Shown here one piece after another: positions 41,626 through 51,123 of a stretch of 64,000 nt of DNA. The translations under genes and the position numbers were made by a program. The notes below the pieces were generated by a model. That model had not been told where the DNA came from. It was given only the letters and a program-made list of their open reading frames with translations, and did no database searches. Numbering within the stretch: position 1 is the stretch's first letter; every line of letters begins with the position of its first letter. This DNA comes from an uncultured Desulfosarcina sp. (lineage in GTDB: Bacteria > Desulfobacterota > Desulfobacteria > Desulfobacterales > Desulfosarcinaceae): positions 672,001 through 736,000 of the forward strand of contig CAXXWQ010000003.1 of the NCBI GenBank assembly GCA_963674945.2, in the 5' to 3' direction.

Positions 41626-43341
41626 TTAGGGTTGCTGGAGTGAAAGCAACCGGACACCATTTTTCTGATACAACAATTCGGTATTTTTTTGAAAGGCATT
41701 TTCAAAAACCCGTCTGTCATCGACGCTTAATGATATCATCCATCTGAAAAAGATATTCGTATCGATGATAATATGGGTCGTACCATATCTATGAAGCCTC
41801 TTTAACAAAACCGCTTCACTATAACTTCCGTCTACCTTCTTATAGAAATCTTCAGCCAGATGAGCCGATCTTTTCAGATAATAGGTTCTGTCTCCAATGG
41901 AAAGGCATAAAACACGCGCCGATTCCGGAAGGATCCGGTTCGCTTCTTCAATAACAGGATATTCGCTGCGGTACCGCGTTATATAGGCATCCCGATCAAC
42001 TTTCCCGGTGATGTATTCTATCGGTCTTATGTATCCGAATTGACCGTATATGTATTTCACGTTGAGAGCGAGGGTGATGAACAACAAGATCGATACCACC
42101 GTCCAGCCGTATCTTCTTGCGATGTTGCCCCGCTGCCGAATCATTTGACAGAGATTCTGCAAACCGAAAACGGAAAGGACGACAACTGCCGGCAGCGCGG
42201 GCGCCATGTATCGGATTCGGTAGTCGGCGCGAAACAGCACAAACAGGGGAAACAGAACAGAAAAGATGAGAAAAAAACGTCGGTGTTGCTTCCACCTTTG
42301 ATTACGGATAGATTTTGAAGGCAAAAACGCCAGAATGGAGAAAAACAATAAAAAGGGATTCAGTTTCCCGTCGAAATATTTGGGGTTGTTGTCCTGCCCC
42401 TGAAAGAACGCTCTTACGGGAATGAGCAATGTCTGCAAGAAAGATTCGTGGTAAACATGGCGGCGCATCCAGAATGCATTGCGTGGTGCCTTTTTTTCCT
42501 GTTGCACCGGTTTGTCCACAGCGACTTTTCCAGGCGGATTGAACACACTATTGAACAGTGGATAGACCGGATTATGCTTCCATACGACGTTGCGAATCAT
42601 CCATGGTGAAAAAACAGTCAACGCGATCAGGATAAAAACAATCCCGAAACCTGCGCCCTTTACCGAATTTTGATAACGTTTTTTATAGTCACGTCTCAAT
42701 ATGGCCTGATTCGTTTTCATGGAATAGGTCAACGGAATCAGGGTGGACATGATCAGCAAAAGGATCAATCCATTGTATTTGGTACCAAGAGCCAATCCGC
42801 AGGCGATACCGGAGGATACAAGATACCGTTTCGAGAAATCATTGTCATACCATCGGACAAAGCAGAAAAGCGTTGCCCATGAGAAGAAGATCAGCCCCAG
42901 ATCCACGTAAGCCGTGACGGAAAGCTTTACAACGATGGGAGTACTTAAAAAAAGAAGGGCGCCAATGAGCGCATAGATTCGATTTGAACCGGCCTTCAGG
43001 TACCGGTAGATCAGTCCGGCCGTCAGCAGGGCGAACAAGAAATGGATATACTTTGCCCCGATATCGAAATCGAGATAGAGCGGGATCATATACAACAGAT
43101 CCAGATTCATGGGAAAGTAGGAAAAATGCATGGAGGGAATCTCATATATCCCGCCATGCGCGAGATACATCTTGGGTACCACCAGGTGATGAATCAATGC
43201 GTCTCGACTGACCGGGGGCACACTGGCGAGAATGGTCACACAGCAAAGGCAGGCCAATATCCCAGCCGCCAGCAACCAGGCGATGGTGGCCTGACATCGC
43301 GGTGATTCCTGCTCTTCACTACTATCATATTCCGTAATCAT
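41626..43341 (-). CDS. Multi-TM GT-C-like (ArnT/PMT-type) lipid-carrier-dependent glycosyltransferase
   Basis: Many TM helices, RDALIHHL loop, AYVDL, LALGTKY and RYMAP motifs. Confidence 0.65.
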   Translation of the reverse strand: MITEYDSSEEQESPRCQATIAWLLAAGILACLCCVTILASVPPVSRDALIHHLVVPKMYLAHGGIYEIPSMHFSYFPMNLDLLYMIPLYLDFDIGAKYIHFLFALLTAGLIYRYLKAGSNRIYALIGALLFLSTPIVVKLSVTAYVDLGLIFFSWATLFCFVRWYDNDFSKRYLVSSGIACGLALGTKYNGLILLLIMSTLIPLTYSMKTNQAILRRDYKKRYQNSVKGAGFGIVFILIALTVFSPWMIRNVVWKHNPVYPLFNSVFNPPGKVAVDKPVQQEKKAPRNAFWMRRHVYHESFLQTLLIPVRAFFQGQDNNPKYFDGKLNPFLLFFSILAFLPSKSIRNQRWKQHRRFFLIFSVLFPLFVLFRADYRIRYMAPALPAVVVLSVFGLQNLCQMIRQRGNIARRYGWTVVSILLFITLALNVKYIYGQFGYIRPIEYITGKVDRDAYITRYRSEYPVIEEANRILPESARVLCLSIGDRTYYLKRSAHLAEDFYKKVDGSYSEAVLLKRLHRYGTTHIIIDTNIFFRWMISLSVDDRRVFENAFQKNTELLYQKNGVRLLSLQQP

Positions 43342-43351
43342 ATTCTATTCA

Positions 43352-44554
43352 TCACCTTGTTGATTCGATTACCGGAGACAGGACCTCTTTGGGAATCACC
43401 CCCGAATAGATCGATCCATTGATCAGAAAACTCGGCGTCGCGGTAACGTTATGGGAGGCAGCGGCATGAATATCGGCCGCCAACTGGGATAGCAGACGAC
43501 CATCGGTCAGGGCCTTTTGAAACTCTTTGAGATCCAACCCCGCCTCTTCACATATGGCTTTTAAGTGAAATGATTTTTTTTCTCGTGCCTCCCGAAAAAG
43601 AATATCATTGACCTGCCAGAATTTATTTTGTTCGTGAGCGTAAATGGCCAGAAGGGAGAGAAGGCCGGATTTCTCATGAACCGGCTCCTTTATCAACGGA
43701 TTGGACTGATGGTCCAACGGAAAATGCCGGTGAACCAAGCGTATTTTATTCGGATATTCGCTCACCAGTCCTCTCAAATGCCGATGCATTTTACCGCATT
43801 GAAAACACATGTAGTCGGTGAACTCGACGATGGTAAGCATCGGTTCTTCCGCCCCGATCCAGGGAGTGCCGTCGCCGTTTGTGCCGGTCTTGATGCTCGG
43901 ATCGCTGGGCAGCGGTCGGTATTGCCAGTAATTGGGATAAAAGGCAACGGCCGACGAAAATAGGACGACATAACAAACAGCGATGGCAACCCATCTTCCG
44001 CGGTTGCGGATCATCGATCGGATATCCGCCTTCAGATTCTTGACGAAAGATCCGGATTCAAACCGTTTGCCGGCCATCCATGTGATTAGCAGCAAGAGGA
44101 GATTGACGCCGTAAGTGGCGATACACATGATGCAATAGCTTTTGATGTAAAACTGGGAAACCAATGCCAGGGCCAGGCTGCATAGGGAGAAGAGGCCGGA
44201 TGTGACAACCAGAATGCCCAGTCCCTCAAATCGTCTCTCCCCGGACCTGAAGAAAAACATCGTCGTAAGGAAAAAAAGATAGCCCGCAACGCCCCATGCG
44301 GCGACGGGCACGCCCATGAAAACGGCATAAGGGCTTTGGGACACCGTGTCGCAGTTCAGGGAACGGCTGATGGCGCAAAAACTCTGGTATTGAAGGTCGG
44401 CAAAGTTGCGGTAGTGGGAAAAGACAAGATAGGCCGATGTGGCGATACCGGCCAGGCAGATTACAAAAATGATGATGAAATATGTGGTCGATGAGAAGCG
44501 GCTGTCTTGAAGTTGATGTTCTTTGGTATTCACCGGGCTGCCGAATCGTATCAA
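43352..44554 (-). CDS. VKOR-DsbA/thioredoxin fusion
   Basis: VKOR cysteines (FCAISRSLNC, CIMC), thioredoxin CFQC and cis-Pro motif ATP. Confidence 0.88.
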   Translation of the reverse strand: MIRFGSPVNTKEHQLQDSRFSSTTYFIIIFVICLAGIATSAYLVFSHYRNFADLQYQSFCAISRSLNCDTVSQSPYAVFMGVPVAAWGVAGYLFFLTTMFFFRSGERRFEGLGILVVTSGLFSLCSLALALVSQFYIKSYCIMCIATYGVNLLLLLITWMAGKRFESGSFVKNLKADIRSMIRNRGRWVAIAVCYVVLFSSAVAFYPNYWQYRPLPSDPSIKTGTNGDGTPWIGAEEPMLTIVEFTDYMCFQCGKMHRHLRGLVSEYPNKIRLVHRHFPLDHQSNPLIKEPVHEKSGLLSLLAIYAHEQNKFWQVNDILFREAREKKSFHLKAICEEAGLDLKEFQKALTDGRLLSQLAADIHAAASHNVTATPSFLINGSIYSGVIPKEVLSPVIESTR

Positions 44555-44635
44555 GAGAAAGGGTAATAATTACAGGTTCAGTTTTCTGTATACCATTGGA
44601 ACTGTTTTTTTATCAACGAGGAGATTGAAATAGCG

Positions 44636-44668
44636 AAAGGGAGGGGCATATCGCCCCCCCCCCCATTT
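44636..44668 (-). terminator. Terminator after pilA
   Basis: Minus strand: G-run/GCGATATGC/CCCTCCC stem followed by TTT. Confidence 0.55.
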
Positions 44669-44703
44669 GAATCGCTTGTTGAATATCAGCTCAGGCTAAT
44701 GAA

Positions 44704-45150
44704 TTACTCCATGGCCATGATTTTGAGATATACATTGCTACCATCCCAGTATCCGCGGGGATCGTTATCCGCATCCTGCGAGGCCTGATAATCCGCGGGG
44801 CAACGGGCGGATACGTCGTTAACGGTGATTTCGATAGCATCAAGATCGGTTGCATCGACAGACCAGGTATTTTTATTGGAAAGAAGCGCTCTAACATAGG
44901 TTTTTCCATTGTCATCCGACAAAAGCGATGCGTTGGTCACGCTGATGTTTGCGGGAATGGCAAAGTAATCGGCGATGGCGGCGGCGATGGAGTTGGCATC
45001 ACTTTCACCGGCGGAGCAGAAGCTCTTGTTACGATAGGCGATGAAGTTGGGGATGGCGATGGCCGCCAAAATACCGATGATGGCGATGACGATCATCAAT
45101 TCGATCAGTGTGAAACCCTTGCTGTCCATTTTTCTCATTTTGCTAAGCAT
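44704..45150 (-). CDS. pilA: Type IVa major pilin
   Basis: KG|FTLIELMIVIAIIGILAAIAIPNF prepilin motif. RBS GGAGG. Confidence 0.93.
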   Translation of the reverse strand: MLSKMRKMDSKGFTLIELMIVIAIIGILAAIAIPNFIAYRNKSFCSAGESDANSIAAAIADYFAIPANISVTNASLLSDDNGKTYVRALLSNKNTWSVDATDLDAIEITVNDVSARCPADYQASQDADNDPRGYWDGSNVYLKIMAME

Positions 45151-45270
45151 GTGGAACCCTCCTAAGTAAGTTAATGATAAATAAGTTAGTGGTAAAAAGT
45201 TAGAGTTAACAAAACAGTCGAAAAAGCGTTATCGGTAATTTGCCTCCTTTGTAATCTCGTCTACGTACAT

Positions 45271-45287
45271 AGCAGATAGCATGCCAT
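45271..45287 (-). promoter_or_regulatory. Sigma54 promoter of pilA
   Basis: Minus strand TGGCATGCTATCTGCT (GG-N10-GC), with TGTCA-type motifs ~110-140 bp upstream and pilR nearby. Confidence 0.7.
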
Positions 45288-45580
45288 TTCAAAAAAATAT
45301 GAATATTTTTCCTTACGAACTGATTTTACAGTATATTTTATCCATCCTGCTGAAGCGATGTTTTGGATCCAACGAGAATGCGGCTGTGAGCTGTCAAAAA
45401 TTGTTTGATCTTTGCCAAAATTTGTCATCGTAGAAGCGGGCCTTTGCAAAGGTACTCGTTAACGTTCTATAGTCGTTATCGCACTCAGGTGGAAAAGGTT
45501 TAGGTATTTTTCTTCAGTTCGGAAATTCTTGCTCGCAGGCAGGCGCCAATGAATAATGATGCCAACGAAATGTTGTAGGA

Positions 45581-45688
45581 AGAATTCAGAAGTCAGGAGT
45601 CAGCATTAAGGAGCCAGAATGAATTTGATGTCGCTTCGCTTAACCGATTGGACTAGAATGGATCAAGCCGAAGGTGACTACCTGGTTC
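45581..45688. repeat. Dispersed heptamer-armed repeat, copy A
   Basis: 45601-45640 matches 61195-61234 at 38 of 40 positions. Confidence 0.8.
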
Positions 45689-45901
45689 CCGTGTGAAACT
45701 AGACCAAAATGGGATAGTTTCAGTCAAGGTTCAAACCCACCAAGGTCGGCGGCGGCGCTGAATTCTGACTTCCGGATTTTTGTAACAATCAAAAGGAAAA
45801 GCCAATGAACGCTGATATAGTCCAGAGAACCAAGTTTTATACACCTCAATAAAAATTCAAAAACCGAAAAGCGATTCGGGGGTGAATCGTCGATGAGGCA
45901 A

Positions 45902-46312
45902 TCAATCAAACAGGGATAGAAATTCCGTTGGCTCAAAGATCTTAAGGTCGGATACTGAAAAGTCTTTTGCATTTCTGGTGATAACAACATCAGCACCAAC
46001 CATCTTGCCGGCTTCTTCCAGGACGGCATCTTCAAAATCATTGATCTTGCTTGCCAGCGCGCGTTCGATTACCGGCCTGTTTACCCCGGCAATTTCAAAC
46101 AGGCTGATAAGTCCGCTTAAAGCCTTCCGGGCCTCCGGTTTCGGAAGCGCCTTTTCCAGAAGGTAATCAATGGTTGTTACGGTAGTGGCACAAAGGTAAG
46201 CATCAACAAGGGACATTTCTGCCAGGCGGAAAACAGCAACAGCGGAATCCACGAAAGGTTCACGTGCGAGCAGCACATCGAGCACGACATTCGTATCGAC
46301 AATTACTCTCAA
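45902..46312 (-). CDS. PIN-domain (VapC-like) toxin
   Basis: VDTNVVLD, DFEDA and TRNAKDF motifs. Confidence 0.9.
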   Translation of the reverse strand: MRVIVDTNVVLDVLLAREPFVDSAVAVFRLAEMSLVDAYLCATTVTTIDYLLEKALPKPEARKALSGLISLFEIAGVNRPVIERALASKINDFEDAVLEEAGKMVGADVVITRNAKDFSVSDLKIFEPTEFLSLFD

Positions 46313-46548
46313 AGGTACTTTTCCCGAAGATAAGCCTTGTAATCTTCCTCGGAGATTTTCTTTCCTTTTATAACGCCGACAAGGGAAGCCGTTGTGGGAG
46401 GTAATTCCTCTTCATATTTCCGCTGCAATCCAATCGATTCAATATACTCGGCCACCATAACGGATACAGATTTTCCACGGCGTCTGGCCTCTTCTTTGGC
46501 CTTTTGAACTATCGTGTCGTCCATTCGTAATGTGAGCTTTGTCTTCAT
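46309..46548 (-). CDS. RHH-type antitoxin (DUF6364-like)
   Basis: MKTKLTLRMD...AKEEARRRGKSVS. 4-nt overlap with the PIN gene. Confidence 0.85.
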   Translation of the reverse strand: MKTKLTLRMDDTIVQKAKEEARRRGKSVSVMVAEYIESIGLQRKYEEELPPTTASLVGVIKGKKISEEDYKAYLREKYL

Positions 46549-46626
46549 GACGTATACTATAAATCCACGTGTACGTCACCGTCAAGTTTTTTATATGAAA
46601 ACAAGTGAATTCTCAGGGCCCCACCC

Positions 46627-48018
46627 TCAATTGGGGGCAAGCTTGTCGACACGATAACGAAAGGATCGCAGACTCAGGCCGAGAAGGTCGGCGGCCCTTT
46701 TCTTGTTGTTGTCGGCACAGGCCATGGCTTTTTCGATATACGCCCGCTCGATTTCTTCCAGAATGCTGTCCAGCGATACGCCGTAGGCCACCTCATCGAT
46801 GTCGAAACGGCGTTTTCCCACCCCCTCGATCCATCTTTTTTTATGGATGGACATCGCCAGGCTGTCGGGGAGCAGGATGTTGGTATTGGACAGTGCGACG
46901 CTTCTTTCGATCAGGTTCTCCAGTTCACGGATATTGCCCGGAAAATCGTATTTCTTCAACAGATCGATGGCATAACTGGAAAATTTGGTGACCTGCTTTC
47001 CCGTCTCCTTTGAATATTTTTCCAAAAAATGCTGGGCCAGCGGCAAAAGATCGTTTTTTCGTTCCCGCAACGGAGGAAGGGTAATCTCGATCACATTGAG
47101 GCGGTAAAACAGATCCTCTCGAAACTTACCGGTAATCACCTCGTCTTCCAGTTTTTTATTGGTGGCGGAAACGATACGGATATCCACCGCGATGTCCTTG
47201 GTACCCCCGACAGGCCTGAATACCCGTTCCTGCACGGCCCGTAGCAGTTTCACCTGCATGGGAACGCTCAACTCGGCTACCTCGTCGAGAAAAAGCGTGC
47301 CTTTGTGGGCGATTTCCATCAGTCCCTGCTTGTCCGATGTGGCTCCGGTGAAAGCCCCTTTGCGGTGACCGAAGAATTCACTTTCCAGAAGGTTTTCGGG
47401 AATCCCACCGCAGTTGATGGTCACAAACGGCATATCGACCCGATCGCTTTGTTCATGTATGGCCCTTGCGATCAACTCCTTTCCCGTACCGCTCTCGCCG
47501 GTAATCAGTACGCTCGTTCGGGTCTTGGCCACCTGCCGAATCATATCGTAAATATGGCACATGCGAGGGCTGTTGCCGACGATCTTTCCGAAATGGACAC
47601 TTTGTTTCAGCTCATCATCGATGGCGCGTTTGTCCTTCTCCAACGTCTTTCGCTCCAATGCGTTGGCGATGGTCTGGAGCAATTCTTCATTATCGAAGGG
47701 CTTGGGGACATAGTCGAAGGCACCCTGGTTCATGGCCTCCACGGCAGTCTCGGTAGTGGCGAAGGCGGAAATCATGATCACCGTTACATCGGGATTCTTT
47801 TTCTTTGAGGCCGTTAGCACATCCAGACCGGTCATATCGCCCAGGCGGATGTCGCAGAGCAAAAGATCGTGGTGATCGCTTTCGATCTCCTTGAGCGCCG
47901 CTTTGCCGCTATCGGCACAGCTGACTTGGTATCCTCGTTTTTTCAGTATGATCTCGAGTATTTCACGCATACTACGATCGTCGTCCACGAGAAGAATGCG
48001 ATATTGATGGCTGTCCAT
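46627..48018 (-). CDS. pilR: Sigma54-dependent response regulator, PilR-like
   Basis: Receiver domain (LLVDDD), GESGTGKE, GAFTGA, FREDLFYRLNV and C-terminal HTH ending RSFRYR. Adjacent to pilA. Start taken at MDSHQY. Confidence 0.8.
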   Translation of the reverse strand: MDSHQYRILLVDDDRSMREILEIILKKRGYQVSCADSGKAALKEIESDHHDLLLCDIRLGDMTGLDVLTASKKKNPDVTVIMISAFATTETAVEAMNQGAFDYVPKPFDNEELLQTIANALERKTLEKDKRAIDDELKQSVHFGKIVGNSPRMCHIYDMIRQVAKTRTSVLITGESGTGKELIARAIHEQSDRVDMPFVTINCGGIPENLLESEFFGHRKGAFTGATSDKQGLMEIAHKGTLFLDEVAELSVPMQVKLLRAVQERVFRPVGGTKDIAVDIRIVSATNKKLEDEVITGKFREDLFYRLNVIEITLPPLRERKNDLLPLAQHFLEKYSKETGKQVTKFSSYAIDLLKKYDFPGNIRELENLIERSVALSNTNILLPDSLAMSIHKKRWIEGVGKRRFDIDEVAYGVSLDSILEEIERAYIEKAMACADNNKKRAADLLGLSLRSFRYRVDKLAPN

Positions 48019-48043
48019 GCGTTTCTCTTTCGTAACTTTTACC

Positions 48044-48727
48044 CTATTCAAGCAAATGTCCCAATCGATTCCATCGAACGCCAAAATTGTCCTTATCCCA
48101 GGACCAATAGATAATAAAGGCCTTGCCCTTGACCGCGACCAGGTCGACAAATCCCCAAAATCGGCTGTCATAGGAGAAGTCCCGGTTGTCTCCCATCACG
48201 AAAAGCTTTCCGGGAGGCACGGTGATGGGACCCAGGTTATCACGGGGCTGTACCGTTGCAGGGTATATCTTATGGTCTTTGTAGACGCCATGGCCATTTT
48301 CAAAACGAACGCCGTTGACGAACAGTTTTTTATTTCGAATTTCGATGACGTCACCAGGGGTGCCGATGACTCGTTTGATGAAGTCTTTGCTTGGATCTTC
48401 CGGAAATTCGAAAACGATGATGTCGCCCGGTTTCGGATCTTTGATGGGAATCACCGTCTTTCGCAAAAACGGTGCCTTGATACCATAGATGAACTTGTTG
48501 ACGAGGATGTGGTCACCGATCAGCAGGGTATCTTTCATGGAGCCGGACGGGATCTTAAATGCCTGAACGACAAAGGTTCGGATGAATAGCGCCAGGATGA
48601 TCGCGACAATAATCGCTTCGATATTTTCACGCAGAGCCCCCTTTTTTTTGGGTGTGTCGTCCGAGTCTACTTTTTTTTTCAAAATAATCGCGGGCCTTTC
48701 CTTTTTATTTCTGTCGGTTATTGTCAT
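48044..48727 (-). CDS. lepB: Signal peptidase I
   Basis: IPSGSM, FIKRVIG and GDNRDFSYDSRFWG motifs. Start taken at MTITD. Confidence 0.95.
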   Translation of the reverse strand: MTITDRNKKERPAIILKKKVDSDDTPKKKGALRENIEAIIVAIILALFIRTFVVQAFKIPSGSMKDTLLIGDHILVNKFIYGIKAPFLRKTVIPIKDPKPGDIIVFEFPEDPSKDFIKRVIGTPGDVIEIRNKKLFVNGVRFENGHGVYKDHKIYPATVQPRDNLGPITVPPGKLFVMGDNRDFSYDSRFWGFVDLVAVKGKAFIIYWSWDKDNFGVRWNRLGHLLE

Positions 48728-48864
48728 GGGCGTTCTTCGATCGTGCTCGATACTGGGTCGGTTAATGGCACCAGCGGTTACGTTGTCGTTTAATCCGTTC
48801 ACCTGAACCGATTTACCGGCTACATGACGACGAATTTTTACGAATCCGTCCGAACAGCGACTTT

Positions 48865-49329
48865 TTACGAGATCATCAATTTTACCAATCGAAAAAGACA
48901 ATTGGCAAATAGTCCGGCGATGATGTCGTCCAAAACGATTCCCAATCCACCAGACACCTTTCCATCGATCCATCGGATTGGAAAAGGTTTACATATATCA
49001 AAGAGTCGAAACAATGCAAATCCACAAATGACATTGGCAACGGTAAATGGAAATGCAAACAGGGCGATGGTCATCCCACAGATCTCATCGACCACCACCT
49101 GCCCGGGATCCTTTTCGTCCTCAATTTTTTCGGCAAGATGGGAGATCCAGATGGAAATTAAAGAAACGGCTGAAATCAGTAAAAAAGCCAATGGAACGGA
49201 AAGTCGCGTGATAAACCAGCACAATGGCAGTGCAGCAAGGGAGCCAAATGTCCCCGGTGCTGCAGGCGCGTAACCAATCCATCCTCCCGTAGCAAAAAAG
49301 ATAATGGCTTTGTGTTTTATCTGCTCCAT
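48865..49329 (-). CDS. pgpA: Phosphatidylglycerophosphatase A
   Basis: APGTFGS, DPGQVVVDE, FRLFDICKP and LDDIIAG motifs. Confidence 0.95.
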   Translation of the reverse strand: MEQIKHKAIIFFATGGWIGYAPAAPGTFGSLAALPLCWFITRLSVPLAFLLISAVSLISIWISHLAEKIEDEKDPGQVVVDEICGMTIALFAFPFTVANVICGFALFRLFDICKPFPIRWIDGKVSGGLGIVLDDIIAGLFANCLFRLVKLMIS

Positions 49330-49408
49330 GCCGTTTCGCTCGTGAATTCCGATCTTCTATGAAACACGTTCATTGTTCCGATGAAAAGGACCTTTTTACA
49401 CGAATTGT

Positions 49409-50647
49409 TCATTGGATTCTTTGCGTTTCTTTTTTATCGCGGTTCGCAAGCTCTTCCTTACCTATTATATGGCCCCGGGAAATGGCATCGTTAACCTTTT
49501 CGTAAACCAATCGAAGTGCGAGACCGCTTTCTTGCGCAGCCTTTTTACATGCATGATATTCCGGCGTATACCGTGAATTTCCATCCGGATCGACGATACA
49601 TTTCACCTGAACGATTCCCAGATCCGTCGTAACGTTTTCAATGGATCGGGGTAACGTGAGCCGGTGAACGTTTCGATAGCGAAGACCAATGGTCGATGTT
49701 TCATCGAACAGGCATCTTGTGATCGTTGATCGTTTTTCCATTGGACACATCACCTCGATTTTTGTGCCCGGCCGGTTTTTTTTCATCATGACGGCGGTAT
49801 AACTTACATCCAATGCACCCTCCACAAAAAGCCGATCCATCAAATAGCCAAAAACCTCGGGGCTCATATCATCGATGTTACATTCGACCACACATACATC
49901 CACTTCCTCCCGTAACGTTGCTCCCGTCTTCTTTTCGCCGACGAATACCCGCAACAAATTGGGCATCTCCGTAAAGTCACGGGAACCACTACCATAACCA
50001 ATATCGGATATCTTCATATCGGGAATCGAACCGAATTCTTGAACCATCGTCGCAATGATGGCGGCACCCGTGGGCGTAACCAGCTCTCCGTCCACCGCAC
50101 TACCATAGACAGGAAGCCCCTTGAGGATTTCTGCGGTGGCCGGCGCTGGAACCGGAAGCCTTCCATGCCGGGTCTGGACGAAACCGTTTCCAAGCGGTAG
50201 TGGTGAAGAGGAGGCCGATGTTATATTGAAATGGTCAAAGCACAGGGCGGCCCCAACGATATCCACGATGCTATCCACGGCACCCACTTCGTGAAAGTGA
50301 ACCTTTTCCTTCGGGCATTGGTGTACCTTCGCCTCTGCATCAGCAATGCGGTCAAAAATATCCACGGCTGCATTTTTGACCGACGGTGCAAAAGGACCAT
50401 TTTCAATCAGACATCGTATATCATTGTAATTTCGAATGGGTGCCGGCGACGTTTCAATCACCTCGATCCTTTTTGCGCCAATCCCATTTTTTCGAACCTC
50501 CCTGGAGACGATTTCAATATCGCCAATGGACAGTCGCGCCATCTGATCGGCCAGCCATTGGACGGAAATTCCCATGTCGACGAAAACGCCGAGCACCATA
50601 TCCCCACTGATGCCGGAAAAACAGTCAAAATGTGCGTGCATCATCAT
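49409..50647 (-). CDS. larC: Nickel pincer cofactor nickel-insertion protein
   Basis: DCFSGISGDM, HFHEVGAVDSIVD, PVPAPAT, NIDD, MKKNRPG and PEY motifs. Confidence 0.92.
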   Translation of the reverse strand: MMMHAHFDCFSGISGDMVLGVFVDMGISVQWLADQMARLSIGDIEIVSREVRKNGIGAKRIEVIETSPAPIRNYNDIRCLIENGPFAPSVKNAAVDIFDRIADAEAKVHQCPKEKVHFHEVGAVDSIVDIVGAALCFDHFNITSASSSPLPLGNGFVQTRHGRLPVPAPATAEILKGLPVYGSAVDGELVTPTGAAIIATMVQEFGSIPDMKISDIGYGSGSRDFTEMPNLLRVFVGEKKTGATLREEVDVCVVECNIDDMSPEVFGYLMDRLFVEGALDVSYTAVMMKKNRPGTKIEVMCPMEKRSTITRCLFDETSTIGLRYRNVHRLTLPRSIENVTTDLGIVQVKCIVDPDGNSRYTPEYHACKKAAQESGLALRLVYEKVNDAISRGHIIGKEELANRDKKETQRIQ

Positions 50648-50696
50648 CCCTATTGACAAAAGTGCCAATTTTTTTAATAAACGAAAAAATCAAAAA

Positions 50697-50794
50697 GGAA
50701 GTGCGCAGCTTACTGGTGAGGCTCCCGGACTTCAAATCCGGTGTGGGGCGCTAATACCGTCCCGGGTGGGTTCGATTCCCATGCACTTCCGCCA
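50697..50794 (+). tRNA. selC: tRNA-Sec (UCA)
   Basis: GGAAGTGC/GCACTTCC 8-bp acceptor stem plus GCCA, anticodon arm CCGGA-CTTCAAA-TCCGG, long variable arm, GTTCGATT. TTGACA at 50653. Confidence 0.95.
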
Positions 50795-50843
50795 TTTTTT
50801 CCTTTCATTTCAGACACTTTACCTTCCAAAAACCCTTAAAATC

Positions 50844-50865
50844 CTACTACAAAACTACTACAAAA
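50844..50865. repeat. Tandem CTACTACAAAA x2 downstream of selC
   Basis: Seen directly in the sequence. Confidence 0.7.
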
Positions 50866-51123
50866 ACAACAGGGATAACCCTTTTTGTTGCGCCATCTCT
50901 GTCAATTGGAAGCATGGGTGTCGACGATGGCGGCAAATTTACAAATTATATCATTCTAATATCAATAATTCTTACGATTAAGCGCTATTTTTAGCAATTC
51001 TGCAAAATTAAGGTGTGATTTTTCTTAAGATTTCAGAGTGCGTCCCGATAGTAGTGTTAGGATCAAACTTTGAATTTGGTTAACTCATTAATATAAAACA
51101 TTAATTACAAAGTTGAGGCACAA

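Noticed and set aside
44654..44664. Poly-C tract as a phase-variation switch
   Set aside because: It is intergenic and forms one arm of the pilA terminator hairpin, not part of a CDS or promoter.
48826..48880. Short repeats GACGAATTTTTACGAATCCGTC / GACTTTTTACGAGATCATCAA, with a related stretch near 16612
   Set aside because: Probably fragments of a genome-wide REP-like repeat, but too short to define from this window.
48044..48973. Extended N-termini of lepB, pilR, mltF, proW and the phosphatase in the ORF track
   Set aside because: The extensions overlap neighbouring genes, repeats or promoter motifs. Downstream starts fit the families better.
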